DNA of 18,919 bases from Candidatus Undinarchaeota archaeon (GCA_964567575.1 CAZMMZ010000004.1:4071-22989), one strand, 5' to 3'; positions 6,771-15,098 are shown, numbered from the stretch's first letter. Program-made: numbers and translations. Notes: generated from the letters alone by a model not told the origin.

Positions 6771-7228
6771 ATGAACTACATACCAGATGAATTAGACTTT
6801 TCAGTAAAAAGAAGAATGACAGAATTACTTGAAACACCATATGCTGGTTCAAAAGCATTTAAGCACAATCACCCCAGGCAAAATATGTTTCTAATTGTCA
6901 TGGAGCAGTAATTTATGTCTTCGGAATAGAAGATGAATTAGTGAAAAATAACAATCACCCACAATCCATAAAGAGCTTAAAAATGAAGAAATTAATTGAA
7001 AAATATTTTTTAGAAACAAATGATTTTGAGAGAGGGGAACTAATTTGTTTCTATGATAAAAAAACAAAAGAACTAATGCATGATGGGATATTACTAGACA
7101 AAAAAAGATTGTTTCACCAAAGCGGAACTGGAGGGTTATTTGACATAGTTACAATAGAAGGGAGAATAAGAGTTCTTGAACAATTTGGTGAACAAGTAAA
7201 ATTAAAAAGTTATAAAATAAAACAATAA
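6771..7228 (+). pseudogene. Frameshifted NlpC/P60-like (papain-fold) cysteine hydrolase, about 152 aa when rejoined
   Basis: The ATG 6771 frame reads MNYIPDELDFSVKRRMTELLETPYAGSKAF. The frame of track ORF 6941..7228 is open from 6863 and reads AQSPQAKYVSNCHGAVIYVFG...GELICFY...MHDGILL...LFHQSG. One missing base near TTTAAGCA (6858-6865) would join them. Confidence 0.7.
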
Positions 7229-7280
7229 AGAGTTAACAAAATCTATTTAAACACTTATTATCTCTATTTGCACTAGGTAT

Positions 7281-7354
7281 GGGCCCGTGGTCTAGTTGGT
7301 TATGTCGTCGCCTTGACATGGCGAAGGTCCCCTGTTCAAGTCAGGGCGGGCCCA
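7281..7354 (+). tRNA. tRNA-Val (GAC)
   Basis: Acceptor GGGCCCG/CGGGCCC, anticodon stem TCGCC/GGCGA with loop TTGACAT, T arm CCCTG-TTCAAGT-CAGGG. No encoded CCA. Confidence 0.95.
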
Positions 7355-7402
7355 TCACTTACTTATGCAAAGTTTTAAATTAGAATAAAACAATAGTTAA
7401 TT

Positions 7403-7756
7403 ATGGCCTGGTATGTCCGCAGTCTAGAAAAAATGAAAAAAGCAGCTAAGAAAGAGAACTGGGATGAAGTTTATGAAATTTTAAAAGAGCATAATCGATA
7501 TTATGTGCATGATAAAAATAAACCAAAAGATTCGTGTGAAAACGATATTTCAAACACCGAAATAAGAATACAAACATATGGAAATGCACTTGATTAAATT
7601 TTGGTTGGGGTAAGTAGATATCTTGATGATAAGAACAAAAAGATGGGATTAGATGAAACAATAATAAAAATTAAAATTGATGAAGCACTAAATGCAGCAC
7701 ACATGTTTGAAAGAATTTTAATTCCATTAGTAAAAGGGAAAAAATTCAAAGATTAA
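7403..7756 (+). pseudogene. Hypothetical 117-codon gene interrupted by an in-frame TAA at 7595-7597
   Basis: After the TAA the same frame continues for 52 sense codons (ILVGVSRYLDDKNKKMGLDETIIKIKIDEALNAAHMFERILIPLVKGKKFKD) to TAA 7754-7756, filling the gap up to the antiporter promoter. TTTTAAAT lies about 22 nt upstream of ATG 7403. Confidence 0.55.
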
Positions 7757-7805
7757 TATTTGAAATAACCAAATCTTTATAACTATAATTTCCATACACA
7801 AATTT

Positions 7806-9035
7806 ATGCCTGCAGAAATTCTGCCAACAATGTCTTACTTTGCTTTACTACTCGGCGTTGGCGTTATTGTGGCGAATATGACTAACAAGTTGAAACTACC
7901 AAATGCAATTTTCATGCTTCTGGTTGGATTATTATTTGGGCCAACACTTCTGAATTTTGTTGATATTACAAAAATGGGAGATGTTCCAGAATTTTTGCGA
8001 ACACTTGCACTGATTGTAATTGTATTTGCAGGAACATTCCATTTGAAAATGAAAACTTTTGCAAGAGTTTCAAAATTATCACTTAAACTTTCACTAGGAG
8101 GATTCATTCTTTCAACATCAATACTCGGATTCTTTGCTCATTTTATTTTTAGTATATCTTGGATAGGTAGTTTTATTCTTGGATCAGTAATTGGAGGAAC
8201 TTCATCAGCAGCTGTACTAACATTCAAAGAACTTTTGGAAACACGCGGAGATGTTAATGCAATTCTTACTGTAGAATCGATATTCAGCGACCCATTAACA
8301 GTTCTTGTTCCAATCTTACTTCTTCAAGCTTACATGAGCGGAATCTTTGATTCAACAATTGTAATGAAACAATTCTGGCAATTAATTGTAGCTGGAGTAG
8401 GAACTGGAGTTGTTGTTGGATTAAGTGTTTCTGAACTTTTCAAAAAAATGGAGAAATCCTTATCCCCGATTCTTGGTCTTGCAATTGCATTAGTAACTTA
8501 CGCACTTGCAGGAAATGTTGGAGGTTCAGGAATTCTTGCTGTAGCAATTTGCGCACTGATTCTTGGAAACAGAAACATCCCATTCAAAGAAACAATTGGA
8601 CAATTTGAAGACACCCTTTCAACAATGCTTACAATTTCAATATTCACTTTCTTAGGAGCTCAAATCGTATTAAACATAACAGCTGCTCTACTATTCAAAC
8701 AAGCATTATTTGTTGCACTAATAATTTTCTTAGTAAGACCAGTAATTGTATTTGCAATCACTTCAAAAAATGAATTCTCAATGTTTGATAGAATTTTAAT
8801 GTCAATGACAGGACCGAGAGGCGCGGCCACAGCAGCTGTTGCAGCAATTCCATTGACATACGCTCTGAGGGACGGATTAACTTCTTTAATTCCAGAAGCA
8901 AACATAATACTTGTTACAGCATTCTTTGTAATTTTCTTTACAATGCTTTCAAGCACTATTGCTAATGTAATAATGTGCAAAGGCAAGAAAAAGAAAACAA
9001 CAAAAGAAACAGAACCTACACAAGAATCTGCTTAG
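7806..9035 (+). CDS. CPA1/NhaP-type monovalent cation:proton antiporter
   Basis: About 12-13 TM segments, ESIFSDP (ES..NDP-like) and GPRG motifs, no cytoplasmic C-terminal regulatory domain. Confidence 0.9.
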   Translation: MPAEILPTMSYFALLLGVGVIVANMTNKLKLPNAIFMLLVGLLFGPTLLNFVDITKMGDVPEFLRTLALIVIVFAGTFHLKMKTFARVSKLSLKLSLGGFILSTSILGFFAHFIFSISWIGSFILGSVIGGTSSAAVLTFKELLETRGDVNAILTVESIFSDPLTVLVPILLLQAYMSGIFDSTIVMKQFWQLIVAGVGTGVVVGLSVSELFKKMEKSLSPILGLAIALVTYALAGNVGGSGILAVAICALILGNRNIPFKETIGQFEDTLSTMLTISIFTFLGAQIVLNITAALLFKQALFVALIIFLVRPVIVFAITSKNEFSMFDRILMSMTGPRGAATAAVAAIPLTYALRDGLTSLIPEANIILVTAFFVIFFTMLSSTIANVIMCKGKKKKTTKETEPTQESA

Positions 9036-9843
9036 CTTTATTCACAATATCTTGAACTTTTCTATAAGGCAATTTAGTTAACTTCTGAACATAACGCTCA
9101 TTTGCAGTAATAATATCATTAATTAAAATGAAATTTGCATTTGAAAGTTTTGCCAATGTTTGCTCATCAAGTCCAAGAAGTGTTAATGGATAAACACTTT
9201 TGCTATCAATAAGTTCTCGCAAATCATTTTCCTTTGGCTGAGCCCATCCAGATAAAATTAAATTTTTTCCTTTTGCATATTTTATTGCGTGCATTGAAAA
9301 CTTTGTGTTTGTAATAACCCACATATTATCATAATATGTTTTTATTTTTCCAGATTCATGCCCTTTCTGAATATCATCAAGAATAGCCCAATAAGTTAAT
9401 GGAATATCCAGACCAGTCATGCGATGCGGATTTCTGTGATGCTTACACTCAACAATGTAATGCTTGCCATCTTTTTCAAGAAGAACATCTGCTTGATGCT
9501 CAATAATATCACCTTGGATAATCTGATCCCATTTTGTTTTGTAACCATGCGCTTTGAAAACATGAGCAATATACTTTTCAAATTCATGAAATTCAGGATT
9601 CAAATCAGCAATAGCTTCTTTCAAACGATACTTACCACCATGCCCTGCTTCAAGTGCATCAAGTCGTTGTAAAACCATTCTTAGAATGTCGCGCGTTCGC
9701 ATTCCATCACGAACTTTGGATTCAACTTCAGAAGCAATTTGTTCAGCTTTGTCTTTTGAAAGACCAGACCTTAAACAAGTTCCAATAATTTTTTTCTTAT
9801 CAAAACGAGTTTTTTCACCATTTGCTTTGAGTACAAATACCAT
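9016..9843 (-). CDS. ATP-cone domain plus Mrr-like PD-(D/E)xK restriction-endonuclease-fold protein
   Basis: N-terminal VLKANGEKTRFDKKKI ATP-cone signature. Nuclease motifs FEKYIA...ADVL...IVECKHH. C-terminal helical (HhH-like) region. Confidence 0.85.
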   Translation of the reverse strand: MVFVLKANGEKTRFDKKKIIGTCLRSGLSKDKAEQIASEVESKVRDGMRTRDILRMVLQRLDALEAGHGGKYRLKEAIADLNPEFHEFEKYIAHVFKAHGYKTKWDQIIQGDIIEHQADVLLEKDGKHYIVECKHHRNPHRMTGLDIPLTYWAILDDIQKGHESGKIKTYYDNMWVITNTKFSMHAIKYAKGKNLILSGWAQPKENDLRELIDSKSVYPLTLLGLDEQTLAKLSNANFILINDIITANERYVQKLTKLPYRKVQDIVNKAKQILV

Positions 9844-9876
9844 AAGAAAAAGTTAGTAAAAAGAGAATATAAAGGA

Positions 9877-9950
9877 TGGGGTTAGGGTGATTTGAACACC
9901 CGACACCCAGATCTTCAGTCTGGTGCTCTTCCAGGCTGAGCTATAACCCC
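9877..9950 (-). tRNA. tRNA-Phe (GAA)
   Basis: Minus strand: GGGGTTA/TAACCCC acceptor, GCTC/GAGC D stem, CCAGA-CTGAAGA-TCTGG anticodon arm, GGGTG-TTCAAAT-CACCC T arm. Confidence 0.97.
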
Positions 9951-10014
9951 AAATTGGTATGTCAATAATCAAACTTGTAGTTAATAAAGGTTTTGAGCAT
10001 CATAGTAAACCTTT

Positions 10015-10302
10015 TTAAATCTCTTGGACTGTTTCTATAAAAGGATGTCCTTTGAAACCAAGAAGTACAAATTCATCTAATTCTTTTTTAGTTTTTACAG
10101 AAATTTCTTTTCCATTATTTCTAAATTCAACTTCAGATTTTATACCTACTTTTTTTAATCCAGATTCAATATAATCTGGTAAATCATTTATACTGTTATA
10201 ACTCCGAGCACCTTTTGTTCTAAAAAACTTTTTGAAAATACCTGGTTTATCATCTAAAACATCCTGAGCTTCTTTTGTTAAGATTATAAGATATTCTTTC
10301 AT
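10015..10302 (-). CDS. Hypothetical protein (95 aa)
   Basis: Fills the gap between tRNA-Phe and minD, has globular composition, and has a TATA-like TTATTAAAT about 24 nt upstream of the ATG. No family recognised. Confidence 0.7.
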   Translation of the reverse strand: MKEYLIILTKEAQDVLDDKPGIFKKFFRTKGARSYNSINDLPDYIESGLKKVGIKSEVEFRNNGKEISVKTKKELDEFVLLGFKGHPFIETVQEI

Positions 10303-10347
10303 ATTAAATAATTAGATAAATTACTATTTAATAATTGGGATTACCAC

Positions 10348-10360
10348 TACCTTTTTAAAC
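10348..10360 (+). promoter_or_regulatory. BRE/TATA promoter of minD
   Basis: ACCTTTTTAAAC about 23 nt upstream of ATG 10382. Confidence 0.6.
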
Positions 10361-10381
10361 ACAAATTAACTAACACTAATT

Positions 10382-11158
10382 ATGACACGCCTTATTGCAG
10401 TAGCATCTGGAAAGGGTGGAGTAGGCAAGACAACTACAACTGTAAACCTAGGTGTGGCGCTAGCTAGTTTTCACAAAAACGTAATTATCGTAGATGCAAA
10501 TCTCACAACACCAAACATTGGATTGCATTTAGGAATTCACAATCCACAATACACTTTGAATGACGCTCTTGAAGGCAAATCATCAATTGTTGATGCAATA
10601 GCACTGCATGAGACCGGTGTTAGAGTTATTCCAGCAGGAATGAATCTCAAACATTTGCAAACAACAAAACCAGAAAAATTATGGGATGTAGCTCTTGATT
10701 TATTTGGAACCGCAGATATTGTACTCCTTGACACACCAGCAGGATTAGAAGAAGGTGCAAAAAGCGTTCTCGATACAGGAGAAGAAGTTTTAATTGTAAC
10801 AAATCCTGAAATGCCTGCAGTTACAGATGCTTTGAAAACAATTCGAATTGCATATGCGTCAGGAGCTAATGTTATTGGGGTTGTATTAAATAAAATGCGC
10901 AAAGGAAAAGATTTGATGACGCGCGAAAATATTGAATCAATTTTAGATACTAATGTTCTTGCAGAAATTCCATTCGATCATGAAGTTCCAAATTCTATAA
11001 ACATGAAGAATCCTATTCTTATTAGAAAACCAAACAGTCTTGTTTCAAATTCATACAAACAATTAGCTGCAGATTTAATGGGTGTTGAATACAAAACAAA
11101 AGCATCTGGCTGGCCAATAATGCAATCTTTGAAAAAGATTTTTGGTGTAAATTATTAA
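10382..11158 (+). CDS. minD: Archaeal MinD/ParA-family ATPase
   Basis: Deviant Walker A SGKGGVGKTT, VDANL, DTPAG and VTNPE motifs, with a C-terminal amphipathic helix (IMQSLKKIFG). Confidence 0.92.
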   Translation: MTRLIAVASGKGGVGKTTTTVNLGVALASFHKNVIIVDANLTTPNIGLHLGIHNPQYTLNDALEGKSSIVDAIALHETGVRVIPAGMNLKHLQTTKPEKLWDVALDLFGTADIVLLDTPAGLEEGAKSVLDTGEEVLIVTNPEMPAVTDALKTIRIAYASGANVIGVVLNKMRKGKDLMTRENIESILDTNVLAEIPFDHEVPNSINMKNPILIRKPNSLVSNSYKQLAADLMGVEYKTKASGWPIMQSLKKIFGVNY

Positions 11159-12822
11159 AGAAGTTTTTCAACTTCCATTTCAAACAAAGTTACTGGATAT
11201 TCTATTCCGAAGTTTGTAAGAACTTCAGGATGAACTTCACCCATTACACCAGCACGTTTTCCATTAATATGAATAATAACAGATCTTCCTTCTATGAAAG
11301 CAGGATCCTGCGACTCTTTGAAATCATACGTTTCACCAAGTTGTTTCAAGAAAGATTCAAGATACGCTTTCATTTCAGAATAATTAGTATTAGAATGTGA
11401 AACTGCTCCAGCAATTCTGCGCTCGTTTCGTGCACCAGATTCAGCTTTCTCATCAATCTGCACAGTTAAACCAACTTCGAAAATTTTATGTGGCATTTCT
11501 GAACTTGCATTCATCCCAAGTGTGGTTAGCAAGCCAGGAGCAAGTGAAGTTCGTAGAGTTGTGTAATCTGCTGTTTTTGGATTCCAAATTTCAACATGAT
11601 GTTCTGGATTGCGTAGCATTTTTGTAAATTCGCGATCCTCATTTGATAATACGAAATTAACAATTTCTTGGAAACCTAATCCAACTAAAGTTGTTCTAAG
11701 AAGATTTGAGAAACCTTCAAGAGGATTTGGTTTTCCAATTGTTGGAATTTGTGGAATATGAGGTTCAAACATCCCATAACCATGCCCAATTGCAATATCC
11801 TCAACAAGATCAATGTTATGCATGATATCGGTTCTATATGCAGGAACAAGAACTTTATTCCCATTCATTCCAAATCGCATTTTTTCAAATTCTTTTTTGA
11901 CTTCATTTAATTTCAAATCTAAATCAAGTAATTTATTTGCATAAATCAAGTCAAGAAGCATTTCACTTGGGTTTAAATTCGGAGTTGCCCAGGTTTTGCC
12001 TTTTCCAATATCTTTTGCATATGAAGCTTTAACAGTATAAACTTCAGCACCGCGCTCTGCCAATGCAGTTACAACAATATTCAAAATCTCTTCACATGCC
12101 TTGAAATCATTTCCAGTAACTTCTATGAACATATCTTCACTGTCTTCGCGAATTTTTGAGAATTCAGAATTTGTGAATGGAAGTAATGACAATGTATTCT
12201 TTTTTGCATCCATATAAATTGGATATTCTCTCCATGCTTCAGTTAAATGACCATACTCTTTACAACGCGGATGCTTCTCAAGACATTCTTTTACAGTTAT
12301 TTCATTATTGAAACCAAGGGGAATAAATTTGTGTTTCTGATCAACATATTTGTAAGAAATTGGCCAAGAAATATCTTTCAAATCATAAGTACCAATACAA
12401 CACTTCTTTCTACGTCGACCGATAGTGATTGCTAATTTATCTTGAAGTTGCATGAATGCTGCAACAGATTCATCTGTGAATTTACATCCTTTGACAACTG
12501 CAAAAGCTGTGCATCCCCAGAAATCGTTTCCATCTTTTTTATCAGAAACTGTTTTGTCAATTATAACTTCGTAATTTGATTTCTTGACATTGTAATTTCG
12601 CAATCCTGTTTCAATTCCAAAAAATCCTCGCAATGCCCTTGCAAATCCTTCAATAGAAAGTAAATCAGGACGATTTGGGAAAACTTCGAATGTAACTTCA
12701 TCATCAGTTAAATTATCAAGAGGTGTGCCTAGCATTTCTATGCGCTCGCGGTAATCCTTCTCTGTGAGCTTCTTTCCAACAAGCTTTTCAAAATCTGCAC
12801 GGTTGAATGTTACGTTTGCCAT
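11155..12822 (-). CDS. pheT: Phenylalanyl-tRNA synthetase beta subunit (archaeal type)
   Basis: PNRPDLLS, HNIDLVEDIAIGHGY, LRTSLAPGLL and GEVHPEVL motifs. Start is reassigned to ATG 12822 (MANVTF), which overlaps the pheS TAA (TAATG) and has GGAGGTG upstream. Confidence 0.96.
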   Translation of the reverse strand: MANVTFNRADFEKLVGKKLTEKDYRERIEMLGTPLDNLTDDEVTFEVFPNRPDLLSIEGFARALRGFFGIETGLRNYNVKKSNYEVIIDKTVSDKKDGNDFWGCTAFAVVKGCKFTDESVAAFMQLQDKLAITIGRRRKKCCIGTYDLKDISWPISYKYVDQKHKFIPLGFNNEITVKECLEKHPRCKEYGHLTEAWREYPIYMDAKKNTLSLLPFTNSEFSKIREDSEDMFIEVTGNDFKACEEILNIVVTALAERGAEVYTVKASYAKDIGKGKTWATPNLNPSEMLLDLIYANKLLDLDLKLNEVKKEFEKMRFGMNGNKVLVPAYRTDIMHNIDLVEDIAIGHGYGMFEPHIPQIPTIGKPNPLEGFSNLLRTTLVGLGFQEIVNFVLSNEDREFTKMLRNPEHHVEIWNPKTADYTTLRTSLAPGLLTTLGMNASSEMPHKIFEVGLTVQIDEKAESGARNERRIAGAVSHSNTNYSEMKAYLESFLKQLGETYDFKESQDPAFIEGRSVIIHINGKRAGVMGEVHPEVLTNFGIEYPVTLFEMEVEKLL

Positions 12823-14294
12823 TACATTGGCACCTCCCTTAACCATTTCAAATCATTGCGATAATAGAAACTTCGAATATCTTTCAAACCAAGTCGCATA
12901 ACAATTGGCCTTTCCAAGCTAAGACCCCATGCAAGAACAGGCACATTAATTCCAAGAGGTTCGCAAACTTCTGGTCTGAAAATTCCAGAACCACCAAGTT
13001 CAATCCATTCTTTGCGATCTTCAAGCCACACTTCAATTTCTGTGCTCATTTCAGTATATGGGAAGTAAGCTGGTCTGAATCGAATCTTCTCGAAACCCAT
13101 CCTGTAAAAGAATTCTTTAAGATATCCAAGAAGATCTTTGAATGTAACATTTTCATCAGCAACAATACCATCAATTTGTGTGAACTCTGGTAAATGTTTG
13201 TAATCAAGAGTTTCGTTTCTAAATGTTCTTCCAATTGAAAAGATTTTTGCTGGAGGTTCAATTTGAGTAAGTCGTCTTGCAGAAACTGCAGTACAGTGTG
13301 TTCTTAGAATTGGTTGTTTAGAAACTGCTTCTTTCCAATCATAACCCCACCCAGTTGAACCGCGAGTTCCCTGCTCATGAGATTTTTTAACTTCAGCTAC
13401 TATTTTTTTATCCGGAAGTTTAGATTGCTTTGGATTTTTCAAATAAAAAGTATCTGCTAAATCTCGGGCTGGGTGATCCTGAGGTTGGAACAGTGCATCG
13501 AAATTCCAGAACGTACTTTCAACAAGCGGACCTTCAGCTTCTTCGAAACCAAACTCAAGGAAAATATCTCTAATCTTGTTCTTTGCAATTGTAAGCGGGT
13601 GCAAGCGACCTCCAAAAACAGTAGGAACTTGCGCATTCAAATCATACTTTCTGAATTTTTGATTTTTCCATGATTTATTCTTCAACATTTCATGAGTTAA
13701 TTGATGAACTGTTGAAGCTCCAGAAACTTTTACATCTTCTTTTAATTCCAATTCATAATGTGCTTTGTTTTCAATTATAATTAAACCACGGCGTTTGAAA
13801 TCTTTAAGAAAATGATCTTCAATTGTTTTTCCATTAGATAAATCATTAAGAGCAGTTTCAGTTGGTAATTTTTCAGTAGATGCTTGTTTTGCAAGACCAG
13901 TTGGTATGAAACCAACATTTTTTCCATTTTCAATATGAGCAGTAATGTAAGAATATCGACGAAGAATGCCAAGAGCACCAGCAACTTCTCTTGGATCTAA
14001 TTTAGTAGATTTAATTATATCAGGAACTGTTTTTACTTTATTGACAATTGCATTTAGACAACTTCGCTCAGGAAGTTCCCCAGTTAAATATTTGTTACCA
14101 ACCTCTGTCAAATCAATTGTTTGTGCTTCTTTTTTTTCTAATTGAACAACACCTTTTTGTGATAATGAATAACCAAATCGCTCAGCTTGAATCTTTTCAA
14201 TACCCCCAGCTTCAGCTACTTCTTCAGCTGTTCCTTTGCCATTAAGCTTCTTCAAGCCTTCAAGCACTTTGCGTTCAAGAGGGTGTAAATCCAT
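12822..14294 (-). CDS. pheS: Phenylalanyl-tRNA synthetase alpha subunit (archaeal/eukaryal type)
   Basis: WNFDALFQPQDHPARD, LRTH, FRNE, EFTQIDG, YFPYTE and AWGLSLER motifs, with N-terminal winged-helix domains. Confidence 0.97.
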   Translation of the reverse strand: MDLHPLERKVLEGLKKLNGKGTAEEVAEAGGIEKIQAERFGYSLSQKGVVQLEKKEAQTIDLTEVGNKYLTGELPERSCLNAIVNKVKTVPDIIKSTKLDPREVAGALGILRRYSYITAHIENGKNVGFIPTGLAKQASTEKLPTETALNDLSNGKTIEDHFLKDFKRRGLIIIENKAHYELELKEDVKVSGASTVHQLTHEMLKNKSWKNQKFRKYDLNAQVPTVFGGRLHPLTIAKNKIRDIFLEFGFEEAEGPLVESTFWNFDALFQPQDHPARDLADTFYLKNPKQSKLPDKKIVAEVKKSHEQGTRGSTGWGYDWKEAVSKQPILRTHCTAVSARRLTQIEPPAKIFSIGRTFRNETLDYKHLPEFTQIDGIVADENVTFKDLLGYLKEFFYRMGFEKIRFRPAYFPYTEMSTEIEVWLEDRKEWIELGGSGIFRPEVCEPLGINVPVLAWGLSLERPIVMRLGLKDIRSFYYRNDLKWLREVPM

Positions 14295-14316
14295 GGTCTT
14301 AAAATATGAAGTAGGT

Positions 14317-14329
14317 GGTTAAAAAGGTT
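14317..14329 (-). promoter_or_regulatory. BRE/TATA promoter of pheS
   Basis: Minus-strand AACCTTTTTAACC about 24 nt upstream of ATG 14294, overlapping the stop codon of the upstream gene. Confidence 0.55.
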
Positions 14330-15098
14330 ACTCACTAAACAATTTCCGCAATACGTCAATTGTGTAAAGAATCATTGCTTGGGTCTGACCTTTGCTTGGA
14401 TAAAATGCATCTTTTTTCTTGTGAACAGAATAAATTCGAACTTGATTAACCATATGTATTTGCTGAGTAAGACCTGGATCAAATTTCACACCTTTTTCAG
14501 AAAGTTTAGCTATAATTTTACCAAGACCAAGTCCTGGACTTGTTTCAAGAAGATCATTCCCAGTAACTTCAAAATATTTTCGATTAAGAGCTGCTTCCAA
14601 AACTCTCCCACAAATAATAACTGCAGACCGATAGCAGTTGGCATCAAAACATTTTCGGATTTCATTAAGATCTGCCATAATATCATCCATAATACCTTCA
14701 GGTAATTTAGGAGTATCAAAAATTAATTGATTATTTGAAGTAGATTCACAAGGAAGAGGAATAATCCTTGCAAGTGAAAGGGAAATATCTGAAATTTTTC
14801 TTTCTAAAATATTAACAACATCGGTTTGTCTTAATTCATTAATCTTGTTAATTATATCAAGTAAAAGAATTTCATTTGCTGGATCTGCTGTCCGATTATC
14901 AACAAATTCCCAAGCATTTTTCTTTACGTCAATAACCGCCTTAGCAACATCGTTTTGCAAATACTTTGTTTTGCCTGCTTTGTAATCAAGAATTTCATTC
15001 GCACCAGGATTAACCGTTCCGCCTTCTGCTTTATACTCAGAAATAGCTTTAACTAAAACATTAATTCTCTTCTTGAAAGAAGCAATAGTGTCACTCAT
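14328..15098 (-). CDS. DUF4145/HEPN-fold domain protein
   Basis: C-terminal half reads DLNEIRKCFDANCYRSAVIICGRVLEAAL...GLGKIIAKL...VRIYSVH, with an Rx4H motif. The N-terminal helical domain is not recognised. Confidence 0.75.
   Translation of the reverse strand: MSDTIASFKKRINVLVKAISEYKAEGGTVNPGANEILDYKAGKTKYLQNDVAKAVIDVKKNAWEFVDNRTADPANEILLLDIINKINELRQTDVVNILERKISDISLSLARIIPLPCESTSNNQLIFDTPKLPEGIMDDIMADLNEIRKCFDANCYRSAVIICGRVLEAALNRKYFEVTGNDLLETSPGLGLGKIIAKLSEKGVKFDPGLTQQIHMVNQVRIYSVHKKKDAFYPSKGQTQAMILYTIDVLRKLFSE

Noticed and set aside
6941-7228. Stand-alone 95-aa GTG-start gene as given in the track
   Set aside because: The frame is open upstream to 6863 and contains the putative catalytic NCHG, so it is better explained as the 3' part of a frameshifted gene.
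7595-7597. Stop-codon reassignment as the explanation for the internal TAA
   Set aside because: TAA, TAG and TGA all terminate conserved genes at expected positions elsewhere in the window.
12823-12846. Longer pheT start (MVKGGANV) given in the track
   Set aside because: It lies inside pheS. ATG 12822 has the TAATG coupling and an SD-like GGAGGTG, and gives a typical archaeal PheT N-terminus.
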